Shown: one piece after another, positions 23,550 to 37,093 of the stretch
Numbering within the stretch: position 1 is the first letter of the stretch
Layout of the letters: every line of letters begins with the position of its first letter
Source of the DNA: Lingula anatina
Taxonomy: Eukaryota; Animalia; Brachiopoda
Assembly: GCA_051362555.1 (NCBI GenBank)
Contig: CM120641.1
Coordinates: forward strand, 42,290,401-42,354,400
Reading direction: 5' to 3'
DNA: 64,000 nt
Made by a program: the position numbers and the translations under genes
Notes under the pieces: model-generated
What the model was told of the DNA's origin: nothing
What the model saw: the letters and a program-made list of their open reading frames with translations, nothing else
Database searches by the model: none

Positions 23550-24061
23550 GTAAGCATGCGACATGTCAGAATGAAGTGAAACTAACTTTTGGCAGTTGTG
23601 CACATTCATTTACACTTACAGTACCAACATTGTGAATTAAATCTTTGAAATGGATAAGAATTTAATCAAATTTCAACGCAAGCTGAAGCTTTGCCTAATA
23701 TCAACAATACTAGTTGATGTCGAAAGGAAGCCATCACGCCTTCAGGGACCTTAATTTCAATGTTGCAACACGGCCGCATGGACTCGCGAGATAATATGAT
23801 TTTGTCACAAAAATGCGGGGATAATAAATGTGTATAAATATCCTGCAATTGCTCGGTTTGAAAATTAATTAGTATATTTGCATGGTAAAAAATTAATCAA
23901 CCCGTTTTTTGTTTTTAATCGAAAGTTTATCTTCCTCCATCGTCGAGAATAAGTTGATGAAGATATTTTTTATAAATAAGGACCAACTGATATGTATTTG
24001 TGTTACTTCCATCTAAAAATGTATGTATCCAACTTTTGATTAATCGATTAAATATATAACA

Positions 24062-24480
24062 CCATCATCATCATTATCATCACGTCGATCGTACATTGTA
24101 GTCGACCCACGGTATCATTTATTAGGCGACAGCAAATTCAGACTTCCAGACCCTACCGTCCTCAGTGATACTGGGCAAGCCCATTTATGTGCTCCAAGCC
24201 AGGAGAACCTTGACATAAGTTTTGTTTTGTGTGCCCTATGAGCCATGTGTCTTCCTCTATTTTCTTCGTCCTTCAATTTTCCCAGAGTACCAGTTTGTCT
24301 ATTCCGTCTTTTCTGATGGCCCAGAGATTCATTTGTCTCTTTCTTCTTGTTTTCAACAGTGATTTTTGTATTCCTGCAAGTTGATACTCTTCTCCATTGG
24401 TCTTTCTTTCTGTCCAGGATATTATCTACAGTTTTCCTTCCAGTTTCTTCTTAGTTTTGTTGGACATATTCCAGCATTCA
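24062..24480 (-). mobile_element. RTE-like LINE 3' fragment with (TGA)n-type tail
   Basis: Paralogue of 42127-42570. CATCATCAT tract on + marks the tail. Confidence 0.7.
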
Positions 24481-27400
24481 CATTTTGTCTGTATTTGTCC
24501 ACATCACAGTGATCTAAGGAAAATATATTAAAAATTATAACTGGCAGAAACCCTTGGTTTTTAAATCAATACAATAATTAAGAACTCAAAATTTAAAAGA
24601 TAATAGAAACCTTGGGAAATTTTTGATAGCATAGCACAGGGAAAACAGAGATGTAAGAACTCTAAGTCTCATATTAAATTTATAACCAATGTTTTTATCA
24701 TTATCATTGTTATTATAAATGCTACTGTCGTTATTATTATTATTGTGATATTTCATATGTACACTATTGTTGTACCACAACAATGACAAAAATGTTACGG
24801 TGAAATACCATTAAAACATGCGCCCTATCCGGCGCGACCGAGCCTGGGAGGGGCGACCTGATGTTTGTTCGGGATCGGAGCAGATGCTGCGCTCCCTTGG
24901 GAAAATATATCCCAGGCTAATGACAAGAGTAGCTTTCTGCTAATATTTATTGAAAACAAAAATAAAATGAAATGAAAATGTTACAATCAATTAAAGTATG
25001 CAAGCACTATTACATACTGGCTCTCTGTTTTCGGTATCTCTGGAAGTCTTACAGCATTGTTCTGGTCACAAAGTTCTCGATGTTTTTCTGGGCTCTTTCG
25101 TTGCGAAGATTAAAGTCACTTTTCACTCCTCAAAGTTTAGGTAGCGTTTGACCGAGCTCAATTAATATTTCTAGTACACTTAAAATACCACTAAGATTAA
25201 TCAAAGTAAAATAATAGATCACAACTGTTAAGCCAATGTTAAAGTTTTACATGTAGCACAGTCAACGTCTCTAGTAGTCTCTGGACTAATGGTAGCGTCT
25301 GGTCTAGGAATGTAATCCCATGCTGACAACCACAGTCCTCCTGGTTGAGTACATCCCACAAGGAGGTGGGGACATGCTGGGGGGTGGGGGGTCCGCCAGT
25401 CGTACGGCGAGTTGCCCAGGACTCTGCAGGCTTCTGTCTGGAACTCCGACACACAGTCAGACAACCTAACAAAATAAAATCATCAGACCCCAGGTTCGTA
25501 CTTGAATTTTACAAAACTTTACAAGAAATAAAACTACATTTACTTCAGCGAATCCATAATAATCCCCATTTCTTTAATGAGATATTTAAAAGAATTTTCC
25601 CATGAAAACATTTGAAAATTACTTTAGGAACTTTCTAAATTCCATAGCTCCTGTTATAATGAAATACAGACTTTAGGAATTAGCCGAAAGTTCATGCACC
25701 GTGGTGCACGAATGAGTAATAATTTGATAAGAAATTTTTTTAAGTCAATTTAGGCTTGGTCTGTCAAAAAAAAAAAAAAAAAAAAGACATGCCAAAGCAT
25801 AATGCCAAACTTTACTGAAAAGTGAAATACGACACACGGGACACGAACGAGTTTAATCTTGACAAGGCCAATAGAGACAAGAGATAACCAAAAATAATAA
25901 CGTGAAGTCATGAGTAAGATGAGGTTCATTAATTGACTTAATGAAACAATGACTGACCTGTGAGAAAATTATAATGTGACCATATGGGAGTGACTGGCCT
26001 GTGAGAAAATTACAATGTGACCATAGGGGAGTGACTGGCCTGAGAGTGTTCTGTTCTGAATTCGATAGAAAACTAAAATAAAAACTTTCACATAACGCGC
26101 AGGTATATCCAAACCACTTTTATTGCGACCACAGATAAGGTATGGTAGCATACTGGCGAGCTTCGAAGATAACAAATCGGATAAATAATGACTAGTCGGC
26201 GATACATGCTTCGACGTTCGTCAGGACCGACGAACTTGCCAGACAAAGTGCTCTGAACATCGTTCACCATAAACAAAGTGAAACCCAGATTATTACACTA
26301 TTATTACTATTTTTCAAGTATTCCTTCATTTTAATGCGAAATTGAGGTCATATCAAACAAATGGCTCTCAGGACTTGTTTTTCATCTCTTGAGGTAAAAA
26401 AAGGGATACACTATATGCACTATTATTCCACTTTGCAGTTCAATTGGGCGGTAAATATATACTGGGTACGCCGGGTGCTCGTGAGTAGTCTTAGCCTTGT
26501 GTTTTGTCACAATGGTAAGTTACACGTTTTATAGAATCACCCGAGCATCTGATACATACGTATGTATACCTTAGTCCCGACATATGATAGGATTTGAACG
26601 TCTTTTTCTCGCTTTCTACATTAAAGTCATCTCTGTGCTTGGATTCACGACGGTCCCTGCATATTTAACAATGTCCAAATCCTACTTAGATGCAATCACT
26701 TGATATTACTGTCACAAAATTTACATTTTCTATTACCTGATCATCATCTTAGCCTCACCCGGGTCTCTATCCAATACCAATTTATTTATAATTAAATCGA
26801 GAACCCTGTTATTGGTAAAGGATATACCCTGTGAAAAAAGTCTCAGGCCCATTTGTAACACACCCGTTATTTCAATCTAAATATATTCGTATGACTGTTG
26901 ATATCTTAAAAATCACTGAGAGTTAGTTATGTTCATCCTCACCAAACAAGCAGGTTTGTGATTAAGTGATAAAAAGAAAACCCCGAAATTCGGCATTAAA
27001 AAATCAGAACGTACATGTAAGTACAGAACGTTAGTACAGTGTACAGGTCACTTTTTAAAATAAGTTAACATATATCTTGACGCATCGAGGGATCTATGAA
27101 AAAAATAAATTGAAAAAAATGTGATACGATGTTGTAATTCTCAAGACTGAACAATATAGGCCTTCTGCTGCAGTAGTGGAATTATTCTGTTGTATTTTCC
27201 CGGGGAAAACTGTGTACAATATTCAAATTTGTCACGGGTTGGTATAGAAATTGGCGTGCAGGGTAGGTAGATTTTGTTTTGGTATTATTTCAATCGTTAT
27301 TTTTCATTTTTACTTTCATGAAGGAGGCCATATTTGTGCATTATGAAATTTGCAAAGAATTTCCCTAACCGATTTAAAATTTAATCTGATTTTTATTATG

Positions 27401-27482
27401 GTACTCATATTGATTTTAGGATAACCAGACATTTTTAGATTTCTTGAAGGTGTTTAGAAACTAGCTATGTCGAACAGAAAAA

Positions 27483-27516
27483 GGGGAATCCCCTTATCAA
27501 TGGCATACGTGACGCA
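27483..27516 (+). promoter_or_regulatory. NF-kB site plus CRE-like motif upstream of TRIM copy 3
   Basis: GGGGAATCCCC at 27483-27493 and TGACGCA at 27510-27516; ATG at 27531. Confidence 0.6.
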
Positions 27517-27530
27517 TTGCCCATTTTAAA

Positions 27531-30266
27531 ATGGCGACTGCTTCAATTGGAGATGAAGACGAAAGTTTGAGGGCTAAGATTCGAGAAAATTTCACCAACT
27601 GCTCAATTTGTCTTAAAGATTTTGAGGATCCCACGGTTCTCCCCTGTCTGCACACCTACTGTAAGCGATGTCTGGCCAGCTACATCCCCGATAATACACC
27701 AGGTAGGCCCTATTGCGTGCTGTCACCCAAATTTAACCAGGAAGTAGATTCATTTTTGTTAAGAACATGTACTTCTATTCTTAATTACATAAGTGACCGA
27801 CTGATAATACACAAAGTGCGACAAGTGACATTTTAGAATTAAAATACATTAACTTGTAAGTTGTGACACTGTTGTAGATTTATATAAAATACCAACACTG
27901 TAAAAATCGTTGTTTTTCATAAATGATAAATTAATGTTGGACGGTACTTGTACATTTTAGTTAATATTGACATTTGTGTTACTGTGTTTAAACAACAAAT
28001 AATGCTTCAAATTAAAAATCAATTTCTTCACGTCCATCATGTAAAGAACGCCTTCTCTTGCCTGTATCAGTAATTCTTATCTTCATTGTTTGCATTCCTC
28101 CATTTTCGGGAATTGTTAAAGTCTCTTAAAGAAGACCAATTATAAAGGATATAAATGTAATTGTTGCCTTTAAGTTAAAATGTAATCAAACCGACTTTTT
28201 AATGCATAATCATATTAAACATGGCAGTTAGTTGAATTCATTAATATTGACTAAACAAACGATTTTGAGAAAATGTTTGAGATCAAATATATACACTGTA
28301 ACAGTGTTAATTATTAAATATCTTTATTAAAATAACTAACATCAAGGATAAAATTTGAAAGGTTGGTACATATTAAGTGCATATGACCAAGCAATAAAAA
28401 AAGATAAACACTTATGCTTCTTATAAGTATCAGTAAACTGTAGAGTGTAAAATATTCTCAATTCCAGGAAGCAAGTTCCTGTGTCCCTTGTGTCAGAAAG
28501 AGACAAATCTTCCGGAAGATGGAGTTGATGGTTTCCTCCATAATTACTTTATTGACAGCCTCCAGGACACTGTGCTGACACCAACCAGGAAAAAGAAATG
28601 TGGTGCCTGTGCCGCAAACGATGAAGATGTTGAGGCAGTGTCCAAATGTCTCAACTGCAGTGAGTACCTCTGTAATCCTTGTGCCAAGTATCATATCCGT
28701 TTTAAAATGTCATCGAATCACAAGGTCTACAGCTTAGAGCAGCTGCATAGTGGGGAACACCAACAAGAGCTCCAGGAATTCCAGTGTGTCTTCTGTCCTG
28801 AACACAAAGAAGAACCCATCAGGTATTTCTGTCTCAAGTGCCAGATACCCATTTGCCGTGACTGCAAGGTCCTCACTCATGATGAGCACAAGTGCACATC
28901 CCTGGATACTGCCATAGAAACAGTGAAGCCTAAACTGGCATCCGTGCTGGAGAAGCTAGACGACAAGATCAGCATACAAGAAAACGATTTAACCATCCTT
29001 CAGGCTGTGCTCAGGGACCACGATACCAATACCAGCTCTGTGATGAAGGACATCTCAGACCACAGTCGCCATCTTCAGCAACAGATTCAGCAGCAGGGGA
29101 CGAAGCTCCTCCAAGAAGTTCAGCAAGTCAGCGAGGCTCATAAGAAGAACATCAACTTGTACTTGGAGAGTTGTGAGGTCATTACGTCAACCATGAAGAG
29201 CACCTCAGATCTAGTGGGCAGCATCCTGTCCCGTGGTACTCCAGCCGAGATCCTCATTCTACAGCAGCAAGTGGGAGACAGGTTACAGGAGCTCCTGCTG
29301 CCATCTGGTGGCGGTGATATCCCACAACACCTCAGCCTTCAACTTCAGACCAACAATGATGTTGACAGAGAAGTGAACAAGGGGACGGGACTTGGAAAGA
29401 TACAACAAGACAGACAAGATATTAAAGGCATTAATTCACGTGGACCATTGATTGGAACACGGAAGGCACAGATCAAAGATGAACCACACTTGGTTAGTCA
29501 GTTTGATTCTAACTGTATCAATCCATTTAGTCTGACCACCTGTGCCAAACCGCAGCAGGGATACCTGGTGGTGAGTTACTATAACAACAAAGTGTGCAGA
29601 TTCAGCTCAGATGGACAACTCCTTGTGCAGCAATCCAAGGCTGGTAACAGGTCACTGGGCAATCCTTTTGGTGTAGCAGTACTACCTGATGGTACCATAG
29701 TGATCTCTGAATTTGGCAACAACAAACTTATCTTCATGTCACGGGACTTAAACCTCACTAAAGAAGTGGATATCAAAGGTCCTGAGGGTTTACATGTTAC
29801 CAACTCCAATACCATTCTGGTTGCTCAGCCTGATTTAAAGCAAGTGAGCATTGTCAACAATCACGGTGCTACAGTTGGTACCATAAAACACAGTGGTTTT
29901 CGGTGGCCTTGGTATGTGACAGTTCTTAACAATGGAAACATTGCTGTTTCTGATATGAATGCTACAGCAGTCTTCATCCTGAGTCCCACTGGGTCACTGC
30001 TCCACACCTACACTGGCTCTGGACAGCATCAACTCTCTAAACCACACGGAGTCTGTGTTGACCAGTATGATAACATTATGGTTGCTGACTGTAACACCAA
30101 CAAAATTCACATCATATCAGATGATGGTAATTTTGTCCAGTCCTTAGCAACAGAAGATGATGAACTGCAGTATCCTCTTGGTTTAACCATCAACCATGAT
30201 GGTGATTTAGCAGTCTCTGAGGACGGAGGGAAGATCAAGGTGTTTAGGTACATGGATTCGGACTAG
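27531..30266 (+). CDS. TRIM-NHL E3 ligase, copy 3, ~656 aa
   Basis: Exon 1 27531-27702 and exon 2 28468-30266; canonical GT-AG, phase 1, open frame. Confidence 0.93.
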
Positions 30267-33200
30267 ATGCAAATGAATAAACTTGTCCTGTAGAGGTCGA
30301 TCAGTGATAAATGGAATGTTTTACTGTGGTGAACATAGACCGTTTGTGAAATGATACCAACGTGCTTGATTACCTATGATTAATATTATGATTGGCCTAC
30401 TTTTAACTGAATTTCGTTATGGTTGTTGAGTGTTATCATGACTAATATCTCTATAAACATGTTAGTAATGATTTTTGTGTAAATTAGCAAATGATAAAAA
30501 ACATATTTGATCTTATATCCAATGCATGCCGTAGTAAATTTTGAAAGGAATTAAAACGGAATGACACTTGCTGTTTTGTTCTAGATAGTCCTCTTCACAA
30601 ATAACATAATAACATATATCTGTTATTTCTGATCTCTCATAATTTTAAGCTTTATACGCATAGCGACTTCGGAATTTTGTCTTTTTTCTAATTTCACAAA
30701 TAACGGGCATTGAACAAATCTGTAAAATACAAAAAGTTATATCAAGAATGCAAATAAAAAAGGCACAAAAACTAATAACACCATTTGTTATTATTATTAT
30801 TATCACGGTTTCGACAATTGCCGACATCAGTAATTCCATGCAATCAAAAACTTAATTCATCATCTCACAAAAATAAAATGTAAATGTAGAATTTTTTTCT
30901 ATTTGATACGTATGTGTTTCTGATCCTGAACTATGGAAGCAAAGTCTGGGGGGGGTCGTAAGTTTTCACATATAAAAAGGTAGATCTTGGGAGTAAGTAA
31001 CACAGCTGCATCGTCTGCTGTTTAGAATGAATTAGGATGATTTCTATTAAATTACTATAGGATGATTAGCAGTGTGAAGTATTGGATTAGGTTCTAAGCA
31101 CGCAAAACTTTATTTAAGGGGGACCTATGACAGTCTACTATTTTATGAAATGAGTTTGATAATTGGGCCACAAAGGTAGAAGAATTAACATGTCTTGGAC
31201 TGTCAGATAAGCGGGAGCATCAAAACATACCGGATGTAGCAGATTTTTTTAAAGATTTTGAAACACGTTTAATGGATAAGTTAATTCAAGAAATTCGTAT
31301 AAAGATACAACATCCATCTAAATATCTATTATACATACACTTGACGGGCATTTATGTCCTGAAATACCACCTTCCAAAAAATCTCTTTTAAAATCAAGAC
31401 AAATAATATGCAAGTTTATAAAGTTTATAATAGACCATAAACTCATTACTGAAAAGAAAAAAAGATAGAAAATGGATATTATGTGACAGAGGATGAATTT
31501 CATTTTGTTTGCATTTGTCCACATTACAGTGATCTAAAGAAAAATATATTAAAAATTATAACTGGCAGAAGCCCTTGGTTTTTAAATTAATATAATTATT
31601 AAGAACTCAAAATTTAACAGATAATAGAAATTGGGAAATTTTTGATAGCATAGCACACGGAAAACAGAGATGTAAGAACTCTAAGTCTCATATTAAATTT
31701 ATAACCAATATTTTTATCATTATCATTGTTATTTTAATAACAATGCTACTGTTGTTATTATTATTATTGTGACATTTCATATGTGTACTATTGTTGTACC
31801 ACAACAATGACAAAATGTTACGGTGAAATACTATTAAAACGCGCGCTCTATCCAGCGGGACCGAGCCCGGGAAGGGCTCCTGTGGGAAAATATATCCCAG
31901 GTTAATGACAAGAGTGGATTTTTGCTCATATATTTATTGAATACATAAATGAAATATAATAAAATGAAAATGTAACAATGAATTAATGTTATGCAAGCAC
32001 TATTACATACTGATTCTCTGATTTCAGTATTTCTGTAAATCTCACACCATTGTTCTGGTCACAAAGTTCTCATAATGTTTCTCTGAGCTCTTTCATTGCG
32101 AAGATTAAAGTCACATTTCATTCCTCAAAGTTTACGAAGCGTTTGACCGAGCTCAATTAATATTTCTAGAACACTTAAAATACCGCTAAGATTAATCAAA
32201 GTAAAATAATAGATCACAACTGTTAAGCCAACGTTTAAGTTTTACATGTAGCACAGTCCATGTCTCTATTAGCCTCTGGACTCTTGGTAGCGTCTGGTCT
32301 AAGAATGGTCCATTTAGGTGGGATATTGTATGGGAACGTGTTCTAGACTGTCCGTCTAGAATGTAATCCCATGCTGACTACCACAGTCCTCCTGGTTGAG
32401 GACAACCCACAAGGAGGTGGGAAAATGCTGGGGGTTGGGGGGCGCCAGTCGTTCGGCGAGTTGCCCAGGGACTCTTCAGACTTCGGACAACTTCACAAAA
32501 TAAAATCATCAGACCCCAGGTTCGTACATTGATTTTACAAAACTTAACAAGAAATAAAACTAAATTTACTTCAGCGAACCCATAATAATCCCCATTTCTT
32601 TAATGAGATATTTAAAAGAATTTTTCCGATGAAAACCTTTGAAAATTATTTTAGGAACTTTCTAAATTCCATAGCTCCTGTTATAATGAATTACAGACTT
32701 TAGGAATTAGCCGAAAGTTCATGCACCGTGGTGCACGAATGAGTAATAATTTGATAAGAAATTATTTTAAGTCAATTTAGGCTTGGTCTGTCCAAAAAAA
32801 AAACATGGCAAAGCATAATGCCAAAGTTTACTGAAAAGTGAAATACGACACAAGGGACACGAACGAGTATAATCTAGACAAGTCGAATAGAGACGATAGA
32901 TAACCAAAAATAATAACGTGCAGTCATGAGTAAGATGAGGTTCATTAATTGACTTAATGAAACAATGACTGACCTGTGAAAAAATTATAATGTGACCATA
33001 TGGGAGTGACTGGCCTGAGAGTGTTCTGTTCTGAATTCGATAGAGAACTAAAATAAAAAATTTTACATAATGCGCAGGTATATCCAAACCACTTTTATTG
33101 CGACCACAGATAACGTATGGTAGCATACAGGCGAACTTCGAAGATAACAAATCGGATAAATAATGACTAGTCGGCGATACATGCTTCGACGTTCGACAGT

Positions 33201-34486
33201 ACCGAATAACTTGCCAGACAAAGTGCTCTGAACATCGTTCACCATAAACGAAGTGAAACCCAGATTATTACACTATTATTACTATTTTTTCAAGTATTCC
33301 TTCATTTTAATGCGAAATTGAGGTCATATCAAACAAATGGCTCTCAGGACTTGTTTTTCATCTTTGGAGGTAAAAAAGGGATACACTATATGCACTATTA
33401 TTCCACTTTTGCAGTTCAATTGGGCGGTAAATATATACTGGGTACGCCAGGTGCTCGTGAGTAATCTTAGCCTTGTCAAAATGGTATGCTACACGTTTTA
33501 TAGAATCATCTGAGCATCTGACACATACGTATGTATACCCTAGTCCCGACATATGATAAGATTTGAACGTCTTTTTCTCGCTTTCTACATTAAAATCATC
33601 TCCGTGCTTGGATTCACGACGGTCCCAGCATATTTAACAATGTCCAAATCCTATTTAGATGCAATTACTTGATTATTACTGTCTCAAAATTTACATTTTC
33701 TAGTACCTGATCATCATCTTAGCGTCACCCGGGTCTCTATACAATACCAGTTTATTTATAATTAGATCGAGGACCTTGTTATTGGTAAAGGATACCCCTG
33801 TGAAAAAAGTTGTAGGCCGAGTTGTAACACACCCGTTATTTCAATCTAAATATATTCGTTTGAATGTTGTACAGTGTTTAATGATATCTTAAAAATCACT
33901 GTGAGTTAGTTATGTTCATCCTCACCAAACAAGCGGGTTTGTGATAAACTCAATAATCAGGTAAGTGATAAAAAGAAAACCCCGAAATTCAGCATTAAAA
34001 AATCAGAACGTACAAGTAAGTACAGAACGTAAGTACAGTGTACAGGTCACTTTTTAAAATTAGTTAACATACGTCTTGATCCATCAAGGGGTCTAAGAAA
34101 AAAAGATATCCCTGATACTAAGTACTGCAATAGTTTCCATAAAAATTGGACCGCCTTTCAAAACCATTTACAATTTGTGGTAAGCTGTTGTTATTCTCAA
34201 AACTGAACAATATAGGCTGCAATGGAGTTATTCTAATGTATTTTCCCGGGGAAAACTGGGTTCAGTATTCAAACTTGTCACGGGTTAGTATAGAAATTGG
34301 CGTGTAGGGTAGGTATATTTCGTTTTGGTAGCATTTCATTCGTTATTTTTCATTTTTACTTCCATGAAGGAGACCATATTTGTGCATTATGAAATTTGCA
34401 AAGAATTTCCCTAGCCGATTTAATATTTAATCTGATTTTTATTGTGGTACTCATATTGCTTTTAGGATAACCAGACATTATTTTTA

Positions 34487-36996
34487 CAGCCATTCCACGA
34501 AAAAGGGTACAATTCTGAATAATACCTGTCGCAGCTTATTTTCGGTAGTAAAAGCATCTGCAATTTTGCTTTTTTTAACCTTTTCTTAGCAGGATCCGAT
34601 GTGTTCTACTTAAAAAACAACAATTAATATAGTACCACTTGCTTTGACGGGAAACCCGGGGGTCTTTATGCCGCAAAAAGCACGATTTCGACGTGTCGCT
34701 TCGGTATTATAGCTGATTTGCCACAAGAAAAAGTTTATATTTTCCCGTGTTTTAGTGTTTTTACTCCTCAACTAATTTAAATTCATGTTTCTTTTTATCA
34801 TACATGGTGTTCTCTGTCGAATTTGTTGGTTAGTTACGTCACTGTCATAGTTTAATCAATGTCGCTCAGTAACCCCTAACCTCCGTAACGCTTTTTTAAG
34901 TCAATGTAAGAATAAAAGAAAATGCTCTTAAATGGCCTTCCTGTGCATTTTTCAAACTCATAATATATGAAGTTTAATAAAACAGTGCTATTTGTTAATT
35001 TTGAATGATGCGTTCCATCAAAGAGAATGTTAAAACTCACAAAAGTCGGGGTGTGGCATTTAAGAGCCTAACCTCAGTAACGGACCAAATTTGAAGAAAA
35101 TGTTGCTTTAGAAAGTAAAAAACATCATTTTTTTAAAGCAAGGACCAACTCCTTCCTAAAAAATTCATTCAATAGTTATGCAACGTTATCCCGAGGATAA
35201 AAACTGAAAAAGAATGCGTGTCACCTTACGTCCATTATGCTAACCTCCGTTATGAAATAAGTTAATTGTTATAAAAATGACTGTTAATACTTTAAAACGT
35301 TATTTCTGTGGTTTTGTGAGTTAATTCTGATCATATAAGTAGTTCTATGTTCTGATGTACATGTAGTATGCATTCATACTGCTTGCTGTTAAAGACATTA
35401 CCCCGCATTAATATAGATATAAAATATACATATAGGCCTATAGCTGATAATTCTATCAAGAAAGGCTAATGATTTAAGTTTTTACTCCAGTTTGCTATAA
35501 AATCGAGGGTAAATCGTGATTTGTTTTATCGAATTGATTTCCATTTGTCACTTGACGATGCCTTTTTGAACTTATCATTCTGACTTTATGCAAAATGAGT
35601 AGTTTTCAGGACTGTCTTGGCAAGAAAAATGGTACTAGCTGACATCAGTACTAGCGTGCATGTAGCAGACATTATTTTCGCGGGAGACATATGGCGAAAT
35701 ATATTAAGCATTGAAGCAACAGTTATATTTATCAGGTAGAACTGCGGGATTATTAGGTCCTATTTTACTATTTCAGTGGCACATAATAGTTTTATCATCT
35801 TCTAGATGCTTCCAGTAACTTTAAATGGACAGTTATTGGCAAACACGTGTCTATTGTCGGCGTTTGATTGTATGAATTAACTTTCTCGGGTATTTTGTTG
35901 TTTTTTATTGTCTATAACTGCGATCATGTGCATGTAGGTTTAATGTTTTGTTATATAGACTCCAATATGCCACTTTCAAATACAGAGAGACAAAAACACT
36001 ACAGAGAAAGAAAACAAATCTAATGACCGCGAAGCTTTTCTTGTGAAAGATTTTGAACGGTTTAAATGTATGACATAATTTAGACTAGAGCTTCACCTTA
36101 CCTCTGTTACTGAGATTATAAATTAAACTCTTACTCTGGTAAAATATGGAATGTGAATTCTACAGATACATGGATCAACATATTAGCGGTGAAATCTATC
36201 CAGTAGTGGTAAATGTATTTATGTAGTCCTTGAAAGTAAGCAAAACAACCCGTTGTAACCATTTGCCATTTAATGGTTTGAATAAACATGTTTTGTCATT
36301 TTTTCTATGTTATTATGTATATTGGTCGTATCTGTAATACTATAAATTCCGAATTCATCTTCTGAAGTCTACCTAAGCTAAAAATATCAAAACAAATATA
36401 TGATCGCTGACCTACATGTATGTAGAATGACGTACCTAACCTCCGTTACGAAATTACTCATTTTTCATTTGAACATTGGATATGTGTGTGCTCATTGATC
36501 AATCCTTATATCATAATAGATTGATAGCACTTTGTTCATTAACAAATAGTATGATATAAAAGCAAGTCTGTCCCCAACGATTAATAAAATATTTAAATTG
36601 GAATATCTCAGCCTTTGTATTTATAGAAAACGAGCCACTTATAACCAATGTGTTTGCACCGCATTTTCTATAATTGAAGAGAAATCTTAAATGGGCAATA
36701 ATATTTTGAATACATACAAAATCTTAATAATTGAATCAAATTTGGAGCCTGTAACCTTTGGCATGATTGAAATATAGCCTAATTTAGATGTTACCTAACC
36801 TCCGTAACGAAAAAAATACTGTACCATGTTTACACGTGCATATTTCTTTAAATACAGTAATGGTGTGGGTTAAAATTCTTGTACTACTCTCTGAATACCT
36901 CTTCATCAAAATAATATAAAAAGTTTTCCAGTTTTGCAAAGTTCATATCGCTGCATTTCTTGTTTTGGAATTGTACCCCTTTTCGTGGAATGGCTG
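34487..36996. mobile_element. 2510-bp non-autonomous TIR DNA transposon inserted ~97 bp upstream of the copy 4 ATG
   Basis: 29-bp TIRs CAGCCATTCCACGAAAA(A/G)GGGTACAATTC (28/29 match), with TTTA on both sides. The empty site is visible in the copy 3 paralogue (~27425-27445, CCAGACATTTTTAGATTTC). No long ORF. Confidence 0.9.
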
Positions 36997-37045
36997 TTTA
37001 GATTTCTTGAAGGTGTTTCGAAACTAGCTGGGTCGAACAGAAAAA

Positions 37046-37079
37046 GGGGAATCCCCTTATCAATGACATACGTGACGCA
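37046..37079 (+). promoter_or_regulatory. NF-kB site plus CRE-like motif upstream of TRIM copy 4
   Basis: GGGGAATCCCC at 37046-37056 and TGACGCA at 37073-37079; ATG at 37094. Confidence 0.6.
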
Positions 37080-37093
37080 TTGCTCATTTTAAA

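Larger units (their letters stand above)
24483..30900 (+). repeat. Segmental duplication unit, paralogous to ~31500-40350 (which also carries a 2.5-kb insertion)
   Basis: Collinear, high-identity intergenic, promoter, exon 1, intron, exon 2 and 3' flank sequence shared between the copy 3 and copy 4 units. Confidence 0.85.

Noticed and set aside
34875-36809. Dispersed 16-bp repeats read as a CRISPR-like repeat-spacer array
   Set aside because: Spacing is long and irregular (150-840 bp) and the repeats lie inside a TIR element.
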